Assembly (NCBI GenBank): GCA_045649105.1 | Contig: JAZRPG010000027.1 | Span: 109,678-173,677, forward strand | From: Eubacteriales bacterium | Lineage (GTDB): Bacteria > Bacillota > Clostridia > Oscillospirales > JAAYXM01 | Length of the DNA stretch: 64,000 nucleotides | Direction: 5' to 3' | Shown here: piece after piece, positions 30,970-41,011 of the stretch | Position numbering within the stretch: position 1 is the stretch's first letter | Layout of the letters: every line of letters begins with the position of its first letter | Translations under genes and position numbers: made by a program | Notes under the pieces: model-generated | Database searches by the model: none | The model's input: the letters and a program-made list of their open reading frames with translations, nothing else | What the model was told of the DNA's origin: nothing

Positions 30970-31815
30970 ATGAACAATATTATCAAGACACAGGATTTGA
31001 CTTTCAGGTATAATATTGACGGTGACACTCCGAAAGTTGCTCTTTCCGAGGTGAATATCGATGTTCGCACGGGCGAATATCTCGTTATCCTCGGTCATAA
31101 CGGCTCAGGAAAATCCTCACTTGCAAAACACTTTAACGGTGTTCTTCTTCCCTGCGGCGGTACAGTATATGTCGACGGTATGGATACTTCTGACGAGGCT
31201 CTGCTGTACGAAATACGGCGAACCTGCGGCATGGTTTTCCAAAACCCTGACAACCAGATTGTAGCCACGATAACTGAGGAAGATGTCGCATTCGGCCCCG
31301 AAAATCTCGGAATCCCACGCGAGGAAATACGGCTGCGCGTTGATGACGCTCTTAAAACTGTCGGAATGTATGATCTCCGCAAACAGGCACCTCATCTTTT
31401 GTCCGGCGGCCAGAAGCAGCGGATTGCCATTGCCGGAGTTATCGCAATGCGGCCAAAATGCATAGTCCTCGATGAGCCGACATCCATGCTTGACCCTATC
31501 GGCCGGCGAGATGTTCTCTCAATACTTGATGACCTTAATAAAAAACACGGTATCACCGTAATTTTAATTACGCATCATATGGACGAGGCAATAAATGCCG
31601 ACCGCGTAATTGTTATGGACAGCGGAAATATTGTTATGGAGGGCACACCGGGAGAAGTATTCACGCAAGTCGAATACCTTTACAGCTATGGACTTGCCGT
31701 TCCTCAAACCGTTGAACTCCTATATACCCTCAATAAGCACGGCTATAACCTCCCGCTCGACAAACTCACGACAGATGAATGCGCAGACGCAATCATCGCT
31801 GCAATCCAGAAATAA
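30970..31815 (+). CDS. ecfA1: Energy-coupling factor transporter ATPase EcfA1
   Basis: Walker [10 protein letters not shown], signature LSGGQKQR and Walker B IVLDEP. Confidence 0.9.
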   Translation: MNNIIKTQDLTFRYNIDGDTPKVALSEVNIDVRTGEYLVILGHNGSGKSSLAKHFNGVLLPCGGTVYVDGMDTSDEALLYEIRRTCGMVFQNPDNQIVATITEEDVAFGPENLGIPREEIRLRVDDALKTVGMYDLRKQAPHLLSGGQKQRIAIAGVIAMRPKCIVLDEPTSMLDPIGRRDVLSILDDLNKKHGITVILITHHMDEAINADRVIVMDSGNIVMEGTPGEVFTQVEYLYSYGLAVPQTVELLYTLNKHGYNLPLDKLTTDECADAIIAAIQK

Positions 31816-31834
31816 CTTGGAGGTATCCATACAG

Positions 31835-32698
31835 GTGAATGCTATTATCAGCGTGCGCGGGCTTTCTCACACCTACAGTCCAAAAACTCCGTTTGAATGC
31901 TCTGCAATAAGCGATATAAATCTTGATATATACGGCGGTGAAACTCTCGGCATTATCGGTCACACAGGTTCGGGAAAGTCAACTCTTATCTCCCACCTCA
32001 ACGGACTTATTAGGCCCACAGCCGGCACTATAACATACAATGGCGAGGATATATTCAAATCCAAAGAATTTACGCGCGACATCAGATTTAACATCGGGCT
32101 TGTTCTTCAATATCCGGAATATCAGCTGTTTGAAGAAACGGTCTATAAAGATATTGCATTCGGCCCGACTAATATGGGCTTATCCCCTGTCGAAATTAAA
32201 AGCCGCGTTTTAGAAGCGGCAAGCTTTGTTGGCATTGACGAGGAGGTTCTTAACCTGTCTCCGTTTGAACTATCCGGCGGTCAGAAGCGGCGAGTTGCCA
32301 TTGCCGGAGTTATTGCCATGCGCCCCAAAGTACTTATTTTAGACGAGCCTACAGCAGGGCTTGACCCTTTAGGCCGCGACAACATACTCTCTCAGATACA
32401 CGACTACAGAGAGCGCACAGGCGCGGCAATAGTCATCGTCACGCACAGCATGGACGATATTGCCTGCGTAGCGGACAGACTTGCAGTTATGAGCGGCGGT
32501 CGCCTAATCCTTACCGGCACTGCGGCTGAGGTTTTTTCGCATACAGATGAACTCATCGGAGCAGGTCTTGATATCCCCCAAATTGCACATATTGCAAATG
32601 CTCTGAGAGAGCGCGGGCTTGACCTTCCGCCTTCAATATATACTGTCCGGCAAGCGACTGATGCCATTTTACATCTCGGAGGTGGCGCACATGCTTAA
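31835..32698 (+). CDS. ecfA2: Energy-coupling factor transporter ATPase EcfA2
   Basis: GTG 31835 with TTGGAGGT upstream. Walker A GHTGSGKST, LSGGQKRR and ILDEP motifs. The track ORF from 31610 is an artefactual 5' extension over ecfA1. Confidence 0.9.
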   Translation: MNAIISVRGLSHTYSPKTPFECSAISDINLDIYGGETLGIIGHTGSGKSTLISHLNGLIRPTAGTITYNGEDIFKSKEFTRDIRFNIGLVLQYPEYQLFEETVYKDIAFGPTNMGLSPVEIKSRVLEAASFVGIDEEVLNLSPFELSGGQKRRVAIAGVIAMRPKVLILDEPTAGLDPLGRDNILSQIHDYRERTGAAIVIVTHSMDDIACVADRLAVMSGGRLILTGTAAEVFSHTDELIGAGLDIPQIAHIANALRERGLDLPPSIYTVRQATDAILHLGGGAHA

Positions 32699-33515
32699 GG
32701 ATATAACACTGGGACAGTTTTTCCCGGGCAACAGCATCGTCCACAGACTTGACCCGCGTACAAAGCTTATTTTGACGGTGTTTTTTATCACTGTGCTTTT
32801 TATATGCCGCGGTTTTATACCGTATGCAATTATGTCTCTGTTTCTGTTTGCAGTTATAGCTGTAACGGGGATAAATATCGGCTTGATTTTTAAAAGCATA
32901 CGGCCTATACTTATTCTTCTTGTTTTTACGGCAGTGCTGAATGTATTTTATACCGGCAGCGGCTCAGAGTTATACAGGCTGGGGCCTTTCGTAATTACAA
33001 CAGGCGGACTTTATACCGCAGCTTTCATGGTTGCAAGAATAGTCCTGCTTGTCACGGGGACATTTGTTATTCTCACATATACAACATCTCCGATTGTGCT
33101 CACAGACGGGCTTGAATCGCTCTTAAACCCGCTTAAGAAACTGAAATTCCCCGTTCATGAGCTCTCTATGATGATGTCCATAGCATTGCGGTTTATCCCT
33201 ACACTTATAGAAGAAACCGATAAAATAATGTCTGCACAAAAGTCACGCGGTGCAAGTTTTGACACCGGAAGCTTTATAGCTCGCGCAAAGGCATTAATCC
33301 CGGTCCTTGTCCCCTTATTTATAAGTGCTTTCCGCCGTGCAGAGGACTTGGCTCTTGCCATGGAATGCAGATGCTATCGCGGCGGTGAGGGCCGCGTACG
33401 GCTTAATGTCTTAAAGTTTTCGAGGCTTGACGCATATGTAATGAGCGCATCTGTAATTATTTTTGCAATATGCATTTTTATATCATACACCGTAACATGG
33501 GGTGCTCCGATATGA
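32691..33515 (+). CDS. ecfT: Energy-coupling factor transporter transmembrane component EcfT
   Basis: MLKDITLGQFFPGNSIVHRLDPRTK N-terminus, polytopic, with the ARG coupling motif region SAQKSRGA. Has an 8-nt overlap with ecfA2. Confidence 0.9.
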   Translation: MLKDITLGQFFPGNSIVHRLDPRTKLILTVFFITVLFICRGFIPYAIMSLFLFAVIAVTGINIGLIFKSIRPILILLVFTAVLNVFYTGSGSELYRLGPFVITTGGLYTAAFMVARIVLLVTGTFVILTYTTSPIVLTDGLESLLNPLKKLKFPVHELSMMMSIALRFIPTLIEETDKIMSAQKSRGASFDTGSFIARAKALIPVLVPLFISAFRRAEDLALAMECRCYRGGEGRVRLNVLKFSRLDAYVMSASVIIFAICIFISYTVTWGAPI

Positions 33516-34303
33516 GCAGGAATATTGCTGTAGTAATGTCATATAACGGCGAGGGCTATCACGGCTGGCAGATACAAAAAAACGCAGTTTCAGTTCAGGA
33601 AACGCTCACAAAAGCAGCCTCATCACTTTTTGCAAGCCCTGCCAAAGTTATCGGCTGCGGACGCACTGATACAGGCGTTTCTGCAAGCAGTTATGTGGCA
33701 AGCATCTGCACAGAGTCAGAATTCCCTGATGAAAAGATTCCGAAGGCTCTTAATGCCCTTCTCCCAAATGACATTGCCGTATATGCGGCAAAAAGCGTCG
33801 ATAATTCTTTTCACCCTGTTTTTTCCTGCTTAAAAAAAGAATATACATACTATATTCATACTTCAAAAATCCGTAATCCTTTTTACGAGAACAGAATCCT
33901 GCACTACCCTCATACGCTCGATACGGAAAAACTCCGCATTGCTGCAAAGCACTTTGTCGGGACGCATGATTTTGCATCTATGCGAACACTGGGCACTGAT
34001 GTAAAATCAACAGTACGGTCAGTTTTCTGCTGTGATGTGACTGAGGAAGCTGACATTGTCTCAATCCGCATCTGTGCTGACGGTTTTTTATACAACATGG
34101 CAAGAACCATTGTAGGAACATTGCTGCTGGCAGGGTCGGGTAAAATTTCTCCTGATTCCATCCCTGATATTTTAGAAAGCCGCGACCGCAGCCGTGCCGG
34201 AGCGACAGCTCCCGCCTGTGGTCTGTATATGACAGATGTTACTTACCCCGATTGCTTCGGAATACCGAAATGCCGCACTGGAGGAATGTTTAATGTCCGC
34301 TAA
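33512..34303 (+). CDS. truA: tRNA pseudouridine(38-40) synthase
   Basis: YNGEGYHGWQIQ and the catalytic CGRTDTGVSA motif. ATGA overlap with ecfT. Confidence 0.9.
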   Translation: MSRNIAVVMSYNGEGYHGWQIQKNAVSVQETLTKAASSLFASPAKVIGCGRTDTGVSASSYVASICTESEFPDEKIPKALNALLPNDIAVYAAKSVDNSFHPVFSCLKKEYTYYIHTSKIRNPFYENRILHYPHTLDTEKLRIAAKHFVGTHDFASMRTLGTDVKSTVRSVFCCDVTEEADIVSIRICADGFLYNMARTIVGTLLLAGSGKISPDSIPDILESRDRSRAGATAPACGLYMTDVTYPDCFGIPKCRTGGMFNVR

Positions 34304-35426
34304 GCAAAAAAAACGACGCCTTTCCGGCCGATTTGCCGTTTTTATAACTATTCTCCTCTTCGTCTGCACAATTTTATTTCTCAACAGCCGCGTTAGTTCA
34401 GGCTCGCTCAGGCGTGTAGCATACTGGATTTTTAACGGCGTCAGCGGTGATGCGACAGAGGCATCAATAAATTTCGATGCAGGTCAGTACAACAGATTCG
34501 TCATTAACCGCGGCAGCCTGTGTGTACTCGCTCCGGAGGAGCTTTCAGTATATAAGGTATCGGGAAAAAAGTCTCTTTCCGTGCCTGTTCTTCTCCGCTC
34601 ACCCGCCATTTCATCCAACAACTCATGCTTTATTGCGTACGACCTCGGCGGACTTAACTTCTATGTTGCAAACAACCGCAAGCTTCTCTATTCAGGAGCG
34701 ACGGAAGCGATAATAACAAACGCCAACATGAGCAAGTCCGGCGCCTTTACAGTCATCACCTCAGGCCCTGACTGTAAATCACTCGTGACCGTATACAACA
34801 CTTCTTTTGAGCCGATATACCGCTTTCATTCCTCTGAAAAGTTCGTTTTCGATTCAGCAGTTACACCGAATGGCAAAACCGTAGCTATGCTTACTTACGG
34901 CACGGTCGAAGGTAAGTTTGAAAGCACGCTTGCGCTCTGCAAAACAAACTCTGACAAATTTTACAGCACCGTTTCACTCGGTGATTCCATGCCTGTAAAA
35001 ATTGAATTTTTCAACGACAGCAAAATTCTTATTGTTTGCGACGACAGAATGCTTATCGTCGATATAAGCGGAAACATTATTTCCGAATTTTCTTACAACG
35101 GATTAGAACTGAAATCCTTTTCACGCGGCAACCACATCTCCCTCCTGCTTGACAATTATCAGAATGGCGGCAACTCAAAACTTATACTTATCAAAAGTAA
35201 TGGCGAGGTGCTCGGAAACATAGATTGTTCTGAAGATATCTATTCTGTTTCAAGCGCAGGCAACTACACGGCAGTTCAGTTTTCAGACAGGTGTGTTGTA
35301 TACAGTAACACTCTTGATGTTCACTGTGAATTTAAAATCCCTTCTTCCATAATGCGGTGTTTTGTTAACAGCGACGGCTCCGTTATTTCAATCGGTGATA
35401 ATTTTGCAACGCTTTATGTATCATAA
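34293..35426 (+). CDS. Membrane-anchored beta-propeller-like protein (DUF5711-like)
   Basis: GGAGG lies upstream of ATG 34293. Basic N-terminus, a TM helix, then about 330 aa of repetitive beta-strand-rich sequence. Has an 11-nt overlap with truA. Confidence 0.5.
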   Translation: MSAKQKKRRLSGRFAVFITILLFVCTILFLNSRVSSGSLRRVAYWIFNGVSGDATEASINFDAGQYNRFVINRGSLCVLAPEELSVYKVSGKKSLSVPVLLRSPAISSNNSCFIAYDLGGLNFYVANNRKLLYSGATEAIITNANMSKSGAFTVITSGPDCKSLVTVYNTSFEPIYRFHSSEKFVFDSAVTPNGKTVAMLTYGTVEGKFESTLALCKTNSDKFYSTVSLGDSMPVKIEFFNDSKILIVCDDRMLIVDISGNIISEFSYNGLELKSFSRGNHISLLLDNYQNGGNSKLILIKSNGEVLGNIDCSEDIYSVSSAGNYTAVQFSDRCVVYSNTLDVHCEFKIPSSIMRCFVNSDGSVISIGDNFATLYVS

Positions 35427-35447
35427 TAAAAAACCGGAGGTAACGCT

Positions 35448-36128
35448 ATGACCAATACTATTTTGCCGATAATTTTAGATATTGCAGCTGTTCTTATACT
35501 TTTGCTTTCCGCTTTACGCGGAAGAAAGCGCGGCCTCATCAAAACACTTTCCGGCATAATAGTCATTGTCCTTGCCTTTACACTTGCAGGACGCATATCA
35601 AGCCTCACAACACCGTACATATCCGAAAAATATGTATCGCCAAGGATAATATCCGCAATCCTCCCGGAAGCCGAATCCGTTTCCGGAAACAATGAGGCAA
35701 ATCCCGATACTGTCGGTAACATATTTCTCAAACTCGGGATTCCGAAAAATGTGGTTACTGATTCTATAAATGAATTTTCCGGTGAATTGAGCCGCGATAT
35801 AAACAACGCGGCATCAAACATTTCCCGCAGCATTTCATATAAGGTTACATATGCAGTATCATTTTTGATATACTTTGTTGTATTACTGCTTCTGCTGTCT
35901 CTGATTTTTAAAATCATTAATCTTGCGGCAAAAATACCGGGCATTAACTTTGTAAATAAAGCTTTCGGACTTCTGCTCGGATTTCTCCTTGGTTACCTGT
36001 TCATAATCTTTGCATCATACATTTTGCTTAAACTCGGACTTTTCATAACGGAGGACGCCGTATCAAAAACATATGTTCTCAGATTGATAACAAACTTCAG
36101 CCCCGCATCGTTAATTACAGGTGTATAA
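35448..36128 (+). CDS. cvpA: CvpA family membrane protein
   Basis: 226 aa with four hydrophobic helices. The N-terminal ILDIAAVLILLLSALRGRKRGLIKTLSGII is typical of CvpA. Confidence 0.6.
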   Translation: MTNTILPIILDIAAVLILLLSALRGRKRGLIKTLSGIIVIVLAFTLAGRISSLTTPYISEKYVSPRIISAILPEAESVSGNNEANPDTVGNIFLKLGIPKNVVTDSINEFSGELSRDINNAASNISRSISYKVTYAVSFLIYFVVLLLLLSLIFKIINLAAKIPGINFVNKAFGLLLGFLLGYLFIIFASYILLKLGLFITEDAVSKTYVLRLITNFSPASLITGV

Positions 36129-36187
36129 AACCGGCCAAACGCTTGACACTAATGACAGCTTGAATTTTTCATGTAAGGAAGATTAAG

Positions 36188-36736
36188 ATGAATTTGCCAA
36201 ATTTACTATCAATATTCAGAATGTGTCTTGTACCTGTCTTTGTCGTTGTCTTCTTTTCAGACAGCGCTCATGCTTATGCATACGCTGCCGCAGTTTATGC
36301 AATTGCAGGTATCACCGATGTACTCGACGGAATTATTGCAAGAAGATATAATCTGATTACAAAGCTCGGCAAAATTCTTGACCCGCTTGCTGATAAAATG
36401 ATGACTATCACAGTTTTTGTCTGTATATCTACCGCAGAGCTTATTCCGTGGTGGATAATAGCTCTTATTTTTGCAAAGGATGCACTCCTCGTTGCAGGCG
36501 GAATGAAGCTTTATCACGAAATGTCCGGCGTTTTTAAGTCTAATATTCTCGGCAAGCTTGCAACAGTTTTTCTTGTTATCGGAGGAATTCTTATTCTCCT
36601 GTTTCAGCGCTTTCTTCCACCCGTTTTTGAAACAATATTCTCCTGGGGCGCTGTGCTGTTGTCTTTTCTCGCTTTCTTCAGCTATCTTTACCAATATTAT
36701 AAATTTAAGAAAAATCACGATACTACATCGTTTTAA
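36188..36736 (+). CDS. pgsA: CDP-diacylglycerol--glycerol-3-phosphate 3-phosphatidyltransferase
   Basis: NLPNLLSIFR N-terminus and the CDP-alcohol motif DVLDGIIARRYNLITKLGKILDPLADK. Confidence 0.85.
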   Translation: MNLPNLLSIFRMCLVPVFVVVFFSDSAHAYAYAAAVYAIAGITDVLDGIIARRYNLITKLGKILDPLADKMMTITVFVCISTAELIPWWIIALIFAKDALLVAGGMKLYHEMSGVFKSNILGKLATVFLVIGGILILLFQRFLPPVFETIFSWGAVLLSFLAFFSYLYQYYKFKKNHDTTSF

Positions 36737-36759
36737 ATCAAAAAAAGGACTGGTACGTT

Positions 36760-39057
36760 ATGCAATCAAACTTATGCAGCAGATGTAAAAAAAACATCGC
36801 CGTTGTTTATATAACACGTGTCGAAGGTGACAAGCAAATAAATGAAAGAATATGCCTTAAGTGCGCTCACGAGCTTGGGATTAAACCGATTGATGACTTT
36901 ATGCAAAAAATGGGAATATCCGAAGATGACCTTGATTCCATGACTAATGAAATGATGGGATTCCTCGGCGAGATGAATGAGGGTGAGCTTCCCGCCGCGT
37001 CTGACGATGAAGATGATGACCCGGAAGGAAAAACAGCCACATTCCCTTTCTTGAACAAACTTTTCGGCGCAATGCCGGGCGGTGCCCCTGCCCCCGCAGA
37101 TGCCAAGAATGAATCTTCAAAACAAAAGCGGGAAAAAAGGGAACAGAAATATAAATATCTCGATAACTATTGCATATCGCTGACTGACCGCGCTCGTAAC
37201 GGAAAGCTTGACGGAATAGTCGGGCGTGATACGGAAATTGAGCGTGTCATCCAGATCCTTAACCGCAGACAGAAGAACAACCCCTGTCTTATCGGCGAGC
37301 CCGGCGTCGGAAAAACAGCCATTGCAGAAGGGCTTGCTATCAGAGTATCTGAAGGCAATGTCCCCCCGAAGCTTGCCGAAAAAGAAATTTACCTTCTTGA
37401 CCTTACTTCGCTCGTCGCCGGAACGCAATTCCGAGGCCAGTTTGAGAGCAGAATGAAAGGGCTTATAGACGATATTAAAAAACACGGCAATGTTATTCTC
37501 GTCATTGATGAAGTGCATAATTTAGTCGGCGCAGGTGACGCAGAGGGTTCAATGAACGCGGCAAATATTTTAAAACCTGCTCTGTCACGCGGCGAAATTC
37601 AGGTTATAGGGGCAACTACATTTACAGAGTACCGCAAGCATATAGAAAAAGACAGCGCTCTTGAGAGGCGTTTCCAAACGGTTATTGTAAATGAGCCCTC
37701 AATAGAGGAAACTATCGAGATTATTAAAGGCATTGCGCACTATTATGAGGAATATCATGGCGTCAAAATAACGGATAAAATTGCCCGACTTGCCGTAATC
37801 TTATCCGAGCGATATATCACAGACCGTTTTTTGCCTGACAAAGCCATCGACCTCATAGATGAGGCATGCTCTGACTTAAACCTTAAAAGCGAGTTAATTT
37901 CCGCAAAAAGCGATGTAAAAAAGCAATTAGATGCAATTTCAAAAGAGCGTGAAAGTCTTTTAGAAGACACCTCAGAGCAGGCTTTTGAACGCCTTGCACT
38001 CTTAAAGAGCGATGAGTGCCGTCTGCTTGACAAGCTCTCTGCCCTTGATTCAGAACCCACTCCGGAACTTTCAGAGGAGCATCTTGCACATGTCATTGAG
38101 CTCTGGACCAAAATTCCGGCTTCTGCTATTCAGGAAACTGAGTTTAAGCGTCTGCATGAGCTTGAAGCGCGCCTTAAACTCCGAATTGTGGGTCAGGATG
38201 ACGCAATTTCCGCCGTTGCCGCCGCTATCAAGCGCAACCGTGTCGGAATTTCACCGAAGAGGAAGCCTGTATCCTTCCTCTTTACTGGCTCTACTGGAGT
38301 CGGAAAAACCGAGCTTGTAAAATGCCTCGCGGCGGATCTCTTCAACTCACCCGAATCTCTCATACGACTGGACATGTCCGAATTTATGGAAAAGCACGCC
38401 GTATCAAAGCTTATCGGCGCACCTCCCGGATATGTTGGATATGATGAGGCCGGCCAGCTTACTGAAAAAATACGCCGTAAACCGTATTCAGTTGTTTTGT
38501 TCGATGAAATAGAAAAAGCACATCCCGATGTCCTTAATATATTGCTTCAGATTCTTGATGACGGCCGCATTACCGATGCACAAGGCCGCGAGATAAACTT
38601 TGAAAACGCAGTTATTGTCATGACATCAAATGCCGGCAGCCATCTGTCGGGAGGAATGGCAGGATTTAACCACAGTATAGCACAGAACAGCCGCGAAAAA
38701 ACCATGAAAGCACTTTCTGATTTCCTGCGTCCCGAGTTTTTAAACAGAATTGATGCAATTATTACCTTTAATTCTCTTTCAAAAGAAAACTTCATGGAAA
38801 TTGCAAAAATTATGCTTTCCGATCTTAAGGTTTCCCTCTCCGACAAGAATATAACCTTTAATTATGATGATGCACTTCTTGCATATCTTGTTGAGAAGTC
38901 TTTCTCCGAGAAATACGGCGCAAGAAACCTCAGTCGAACCATACAGAAGGAAATCGAGGACAGTATTGCAAACACTATGATAGAAAAATATGAAAACGGT
39001 ATATCGGAGATATTTGTCACTGCAACTGAAGATAATATATCAGTAACTGCAAAATAG
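36760..39057 (+). CDS. ClpC/ClpA-class double-ring AAA+ unfoldase with an N-terminal C4 zinc ribbon in place of the Clp_N repeats
   Basis: The N-terminus is CSRCKK...CLKC, followed by an acidic linker. D1 Walker A is GEPGVGKTA, there is a short coiled-coil M-domain, and D2 Walker A is [10 protein letters not shown] ClpP-loop-like GMAGFN is present. Confidence 0.85.
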   Translation: MQSNLCSRCKKNIAVVYITRVEGDKQINERICLKCAHELGIKPIDDFMQKMGISEDDLDSMTNEMMGFLGEMNEGELPAASDDEDDDPEGKTATFPFLNKLFGAMPGGAPAPADAKNESSKQKREKREQKYKYLDNYCISLTDRARNGKLDGIVGRDTEIERVIQILNRRQKNNPCLIGEPGVGKTAIAEGLAIRVSEGNVPPKLAEKEIYLLDLTSLVAGTQFRGQFESRMKGLIDDIKKHGNVILVIDEVHNLVGAGDAEGSMNAANILKPALSRGEIQVIGATTFTEYRKHIEKDSALERRFQTVIVNEPSIEETIEIIKGIAHYYEEYHGVKITDKIARLAVILSERYITDRFLPDKAIDLIDEACSDLNLKSELISAKSDVKKQLDAISKERESLLEDTSEQAFERLALLKSDECRLLDKLSALDSEPTPELSEEHLAHVIELWTKIPASAIQETEFKRLHELEARLKLRIVGQDDAISAVAAAIKRNRVGISPKRKPVSFLFTGSTGVGKTELVKCLAADLFNSPESLIRLDMSEFMEKHAVSKLIGAPPGYVGYDEAGQLTEKIRRKPYSVVLFDEIEKAHPDVLNILLQILDDGRITDAQGREINFENAVIVMTSNAGSHLSGGMAGFNHSIAQNSREKTMKALSDFLRPEFLNRIDAIITFNSLSKENFMEIAKIMLSDLKVSLSDKNITFNYDDALLAYLVEKSFSEKYGARNLSRTIQKEIEDSIANTMIEKYENGISEIFVTATEDNISVTAK

Positions 39058-39077
39058 CAAATACGAATAAAATTCAG

Positions 39078-39147
39078 CCCACATCAATACAAGGAAACGG
39101 AGATTTTAAAAACCGCAATTACCTGTATTAATGTGGGTATAGTTTTT
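39078..39147 (+). terminator. Long imperfect hairpin with T-run downstream of the Clp ATPase gene
   Basis: CCCACATCAATACAAGG, a 26-nt loop, then CCTGTATTAATGTGGG, followed by TATAGTTTTT. Confidence 0.45.
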
Positions 39148-39240
39148 GCTCTGCTGTTTCGCGCAAATACTCTGATTCACTTGACTTTTTCGACTGATTT
39201 TGATAGCATATTATAAAACAGAAACAAGAGGTATGGCGTA

Positions 39241-39579
39241 ATGAACATTCAGATATACGGCGCTAAAGGCTGTTTTGATACAAAAAAGGCTGAGCGTTAT
39301 TTTAAAGAACGCCGAATAAAATATCAGTTTATTGACCTTCCGAAATACGGGCTTTCCCCACGCGAATTTGAACTTGTCCTTTCCTCAGTCGGCCTTGATG
39401 AAATAATAAATAAAAAGGCAAAAGGCTACGAGGCGAGCTTTATTGAACACCTCGCGCGGCGGGAGGATATTATTGAAAAGCTTTTTGATAATCCCTCACT
39501 TATTAAAACTCCCATAGTCAGAAACGGGAGACAGATTTCAATCGGCAACTGCCCGGAAATATGGAAAACATGGGAATAA
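39241..39579 (+). CDS. ArsC/Spx/MgsR family protein (single-Cys, YffB-like)
   Basis: 112 aa. IQIYGAKGCFDTKKAERYFKERRIKYQFIDL is the family N-terminus, with one Cys rather than CxxC. Confidence 0.7.
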   Translation: MNIQIYGAKGCFDTKKAERYFKERRIKYQFIDLPKYGLSPREFELVLSSVGLDEIINKKAKGYEASFIEHLARREDIIEKLFDNPSLIKTPIVRNGRQISIGNCPEIWKTWE

Positions 39580-39618
39580 CCCCCTAATTAATTATATAAA
39601 AAGAACGGAGTATAAAAC

Positions 39619-40437
39619 ATGAAAATCAGTTGTTGCATTTTTGATTTGGACGGAACTCTCTTAAATTCGGACCATGTAATATCCGAGCGTGATAAAGAAA
39701 CAATAAAGAAGCTCAGCCAAGACGGTGTCAGAATGGTTATCGCCACAGGACGCACCGACCTTCAAATCGCACAATTCCTCTATGAGCTTGATATTTCCGA
39801 CCCGGTTATTGCATGTAACGGAGGTCTTATCTCAAACCCTGTAACAAAAGAGATTATTCACCGCGGCCTTCTTAACCCGGAAGATGTAGAGGCAATTGTA
39901 AACGCCATGCTTGAGGAAGGACGCGACTTCCTTCTCTATTCTCCCGAATATGTCTATCACGCACCTGACAGCCGCAGAATCAAATTTTTCATCGATTACA
40001 ACAAAACTGCTCGTCCCGAATTTAAAGTCCCGATATTACCCCTCTCGGAGCTCCCGAAAGAGAATCCTTACTCCGAGATATTAAAGGTTCTTATTCACGA
40101 CGACATATCCCTTATTCCCGAGGTTGAGCGCCGCTTCAACAAAAATAATACATTAACGGTAGTTTCCTCAGGCAAGAACCTCGTAGATATCATGCCCGCA
40201 AACACCACAAAAGGACGCGCAGTAGAGATGCTCACAGAGTATCTTAATATTCCGATTTCGGAGGTTGTCGCCTTTGGAGACAGCCCGAATGACGAGTCAA
40301 TGCTCCGTGCCGCCGGTTTCTCTGTTGCTATGGGTAATGCTGACCAGAGTATAAAAGACATTTGCGACTTTGTCACAAAGACAAACGACGACTACGGAAT
40401 CACCTTCGCACTTAATCACATTATAAACGAGCTGTAG
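39619..40437 (+). CDS. Cof-type HAD-IIB phosphatase
   Basis: CIFDLDGTLL (motif I), ATGR, and the GDSPNDESM motif. Confidence 0.85.
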   Translation: MKISCCIFDLDGTLLNSDHVISERDKETIKKLSQDGVRMVIATGRTDLQIAQFLYELDISDPVIACNGGLISNPVTKEIIHRGLLNPEDVEAIVNAMLEEGRDFLLYSPEYVYHAPDSRRIKFFIDYNKTARPEFKVPILPLSELPKENPYSEILKVLIHDDISLIPEVERRFNKNNTLTVVSSGKNLVDIMPANTTKGRAVEMLTEYLNIPISEVVAFGDSPNDESMLRAAGFSVAMGNADQSIKDICDFVTKTNDDYGITFALNHIINEL

Positions 40438-40453
40438 TTACATAAATACAACA

Positions 40454-40488
40454 AAAAGAGCATCAATCTTAATGATTGATGCTCTTTT
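40454..40488. terminator. Bidirectional rho-independent terminator
   Basis: AAAAGAGCATCAATC-TTAAT-GATTGATGCTCTTTT, lying between convergent genes. Confidence 0.7.
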
Positions 40489-40501
40489 CTGCATTTATGT
40501 A

Positions 40502-40909
40502 TTAGAAAAATTTACGGATTGTGTCTGTAGCACTCTTCTCATCAGCGCTGATTGTGATGATGAAATCGATTGAGTGCTCTTTTCCAAAGCTCTCCGCCCA
40601 GAGCAGGAACTTTTCCGTTTCGTCGATAGAATCAGATTTTGAAACCTTATAAAGGCTATCAATAAATATTTTCGACAAATCAAAATTTCCTGAGTGAAGA
40701 CCGCAGATAAATGTTTTAAGATGCTCATAACTCTCAATAAAATATCCGGAAACATCTACAAGTCTTGCTTTGTGGCTTATATCGTAGGTGAGTTTTGTAC
40801 CACGCTCAATGCACGCTACAGTTAAATCGTCAGCAACTGCACTGTTGGTAAGCTCAATAATATGTTTTGTCTTCCCGTGTCCCTGAAGTCCCATAATTAC
40901 ACGAACCAT
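40502..40909 (-). CDS. Small (135 aa) P-loop NTPase-like protein, function unknown
   Basis: Walker A-like GLQGHGKT at residues 7-14 and a possible Walker B (KIFIDSL). AGGAG lies 7 nt upstream of the ATG. Confidence 0.5.
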   Translation of the reverse strand: MVRVIMGLQGHGKTKHIIELTNSAVADDLTVACIERGTKLTYDISHKARLVDVSGYFIESYEHLKTFICGLHSGNFDLSKIFIDSLYKVSKSDSIDETEKFLLWAESFGKEHSIDFIITISADEKSATDTIRKFF

Positions 40910-41011
40910 GTTGCACTCCTAACTCCGCAAAAACTTTGCGGTCCCCACTGTTTCCACGGCACAGCGGACTGCCGAATTTCAGCTTAAAAGCTGATTTCTT
41001 TCCCTGTAATT

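Noticed and set aside
31610-31834. Long N-terminal extension of ecfA2 in the ORF track (362 aa)
   Set aside because: The extension overlaps the 3' end of ecfA1 in another frame and has no ABC motifs. GTG 31835 has a GGAGG SD and gives a normal 287-aa EcfA2.
40921-41000. Possible c-di-GMP-I (GEMM-I) riboswitch upstream of the P-loop gene
   Set aside because: Only a partial resemblance (GGAAA...GUGGGGACCGCAAAG). The GGCAAAC 5' element and the entire second helix with its tetraloop-receptor region are absent. It is kept only as an unclassified structured leader in the findings.
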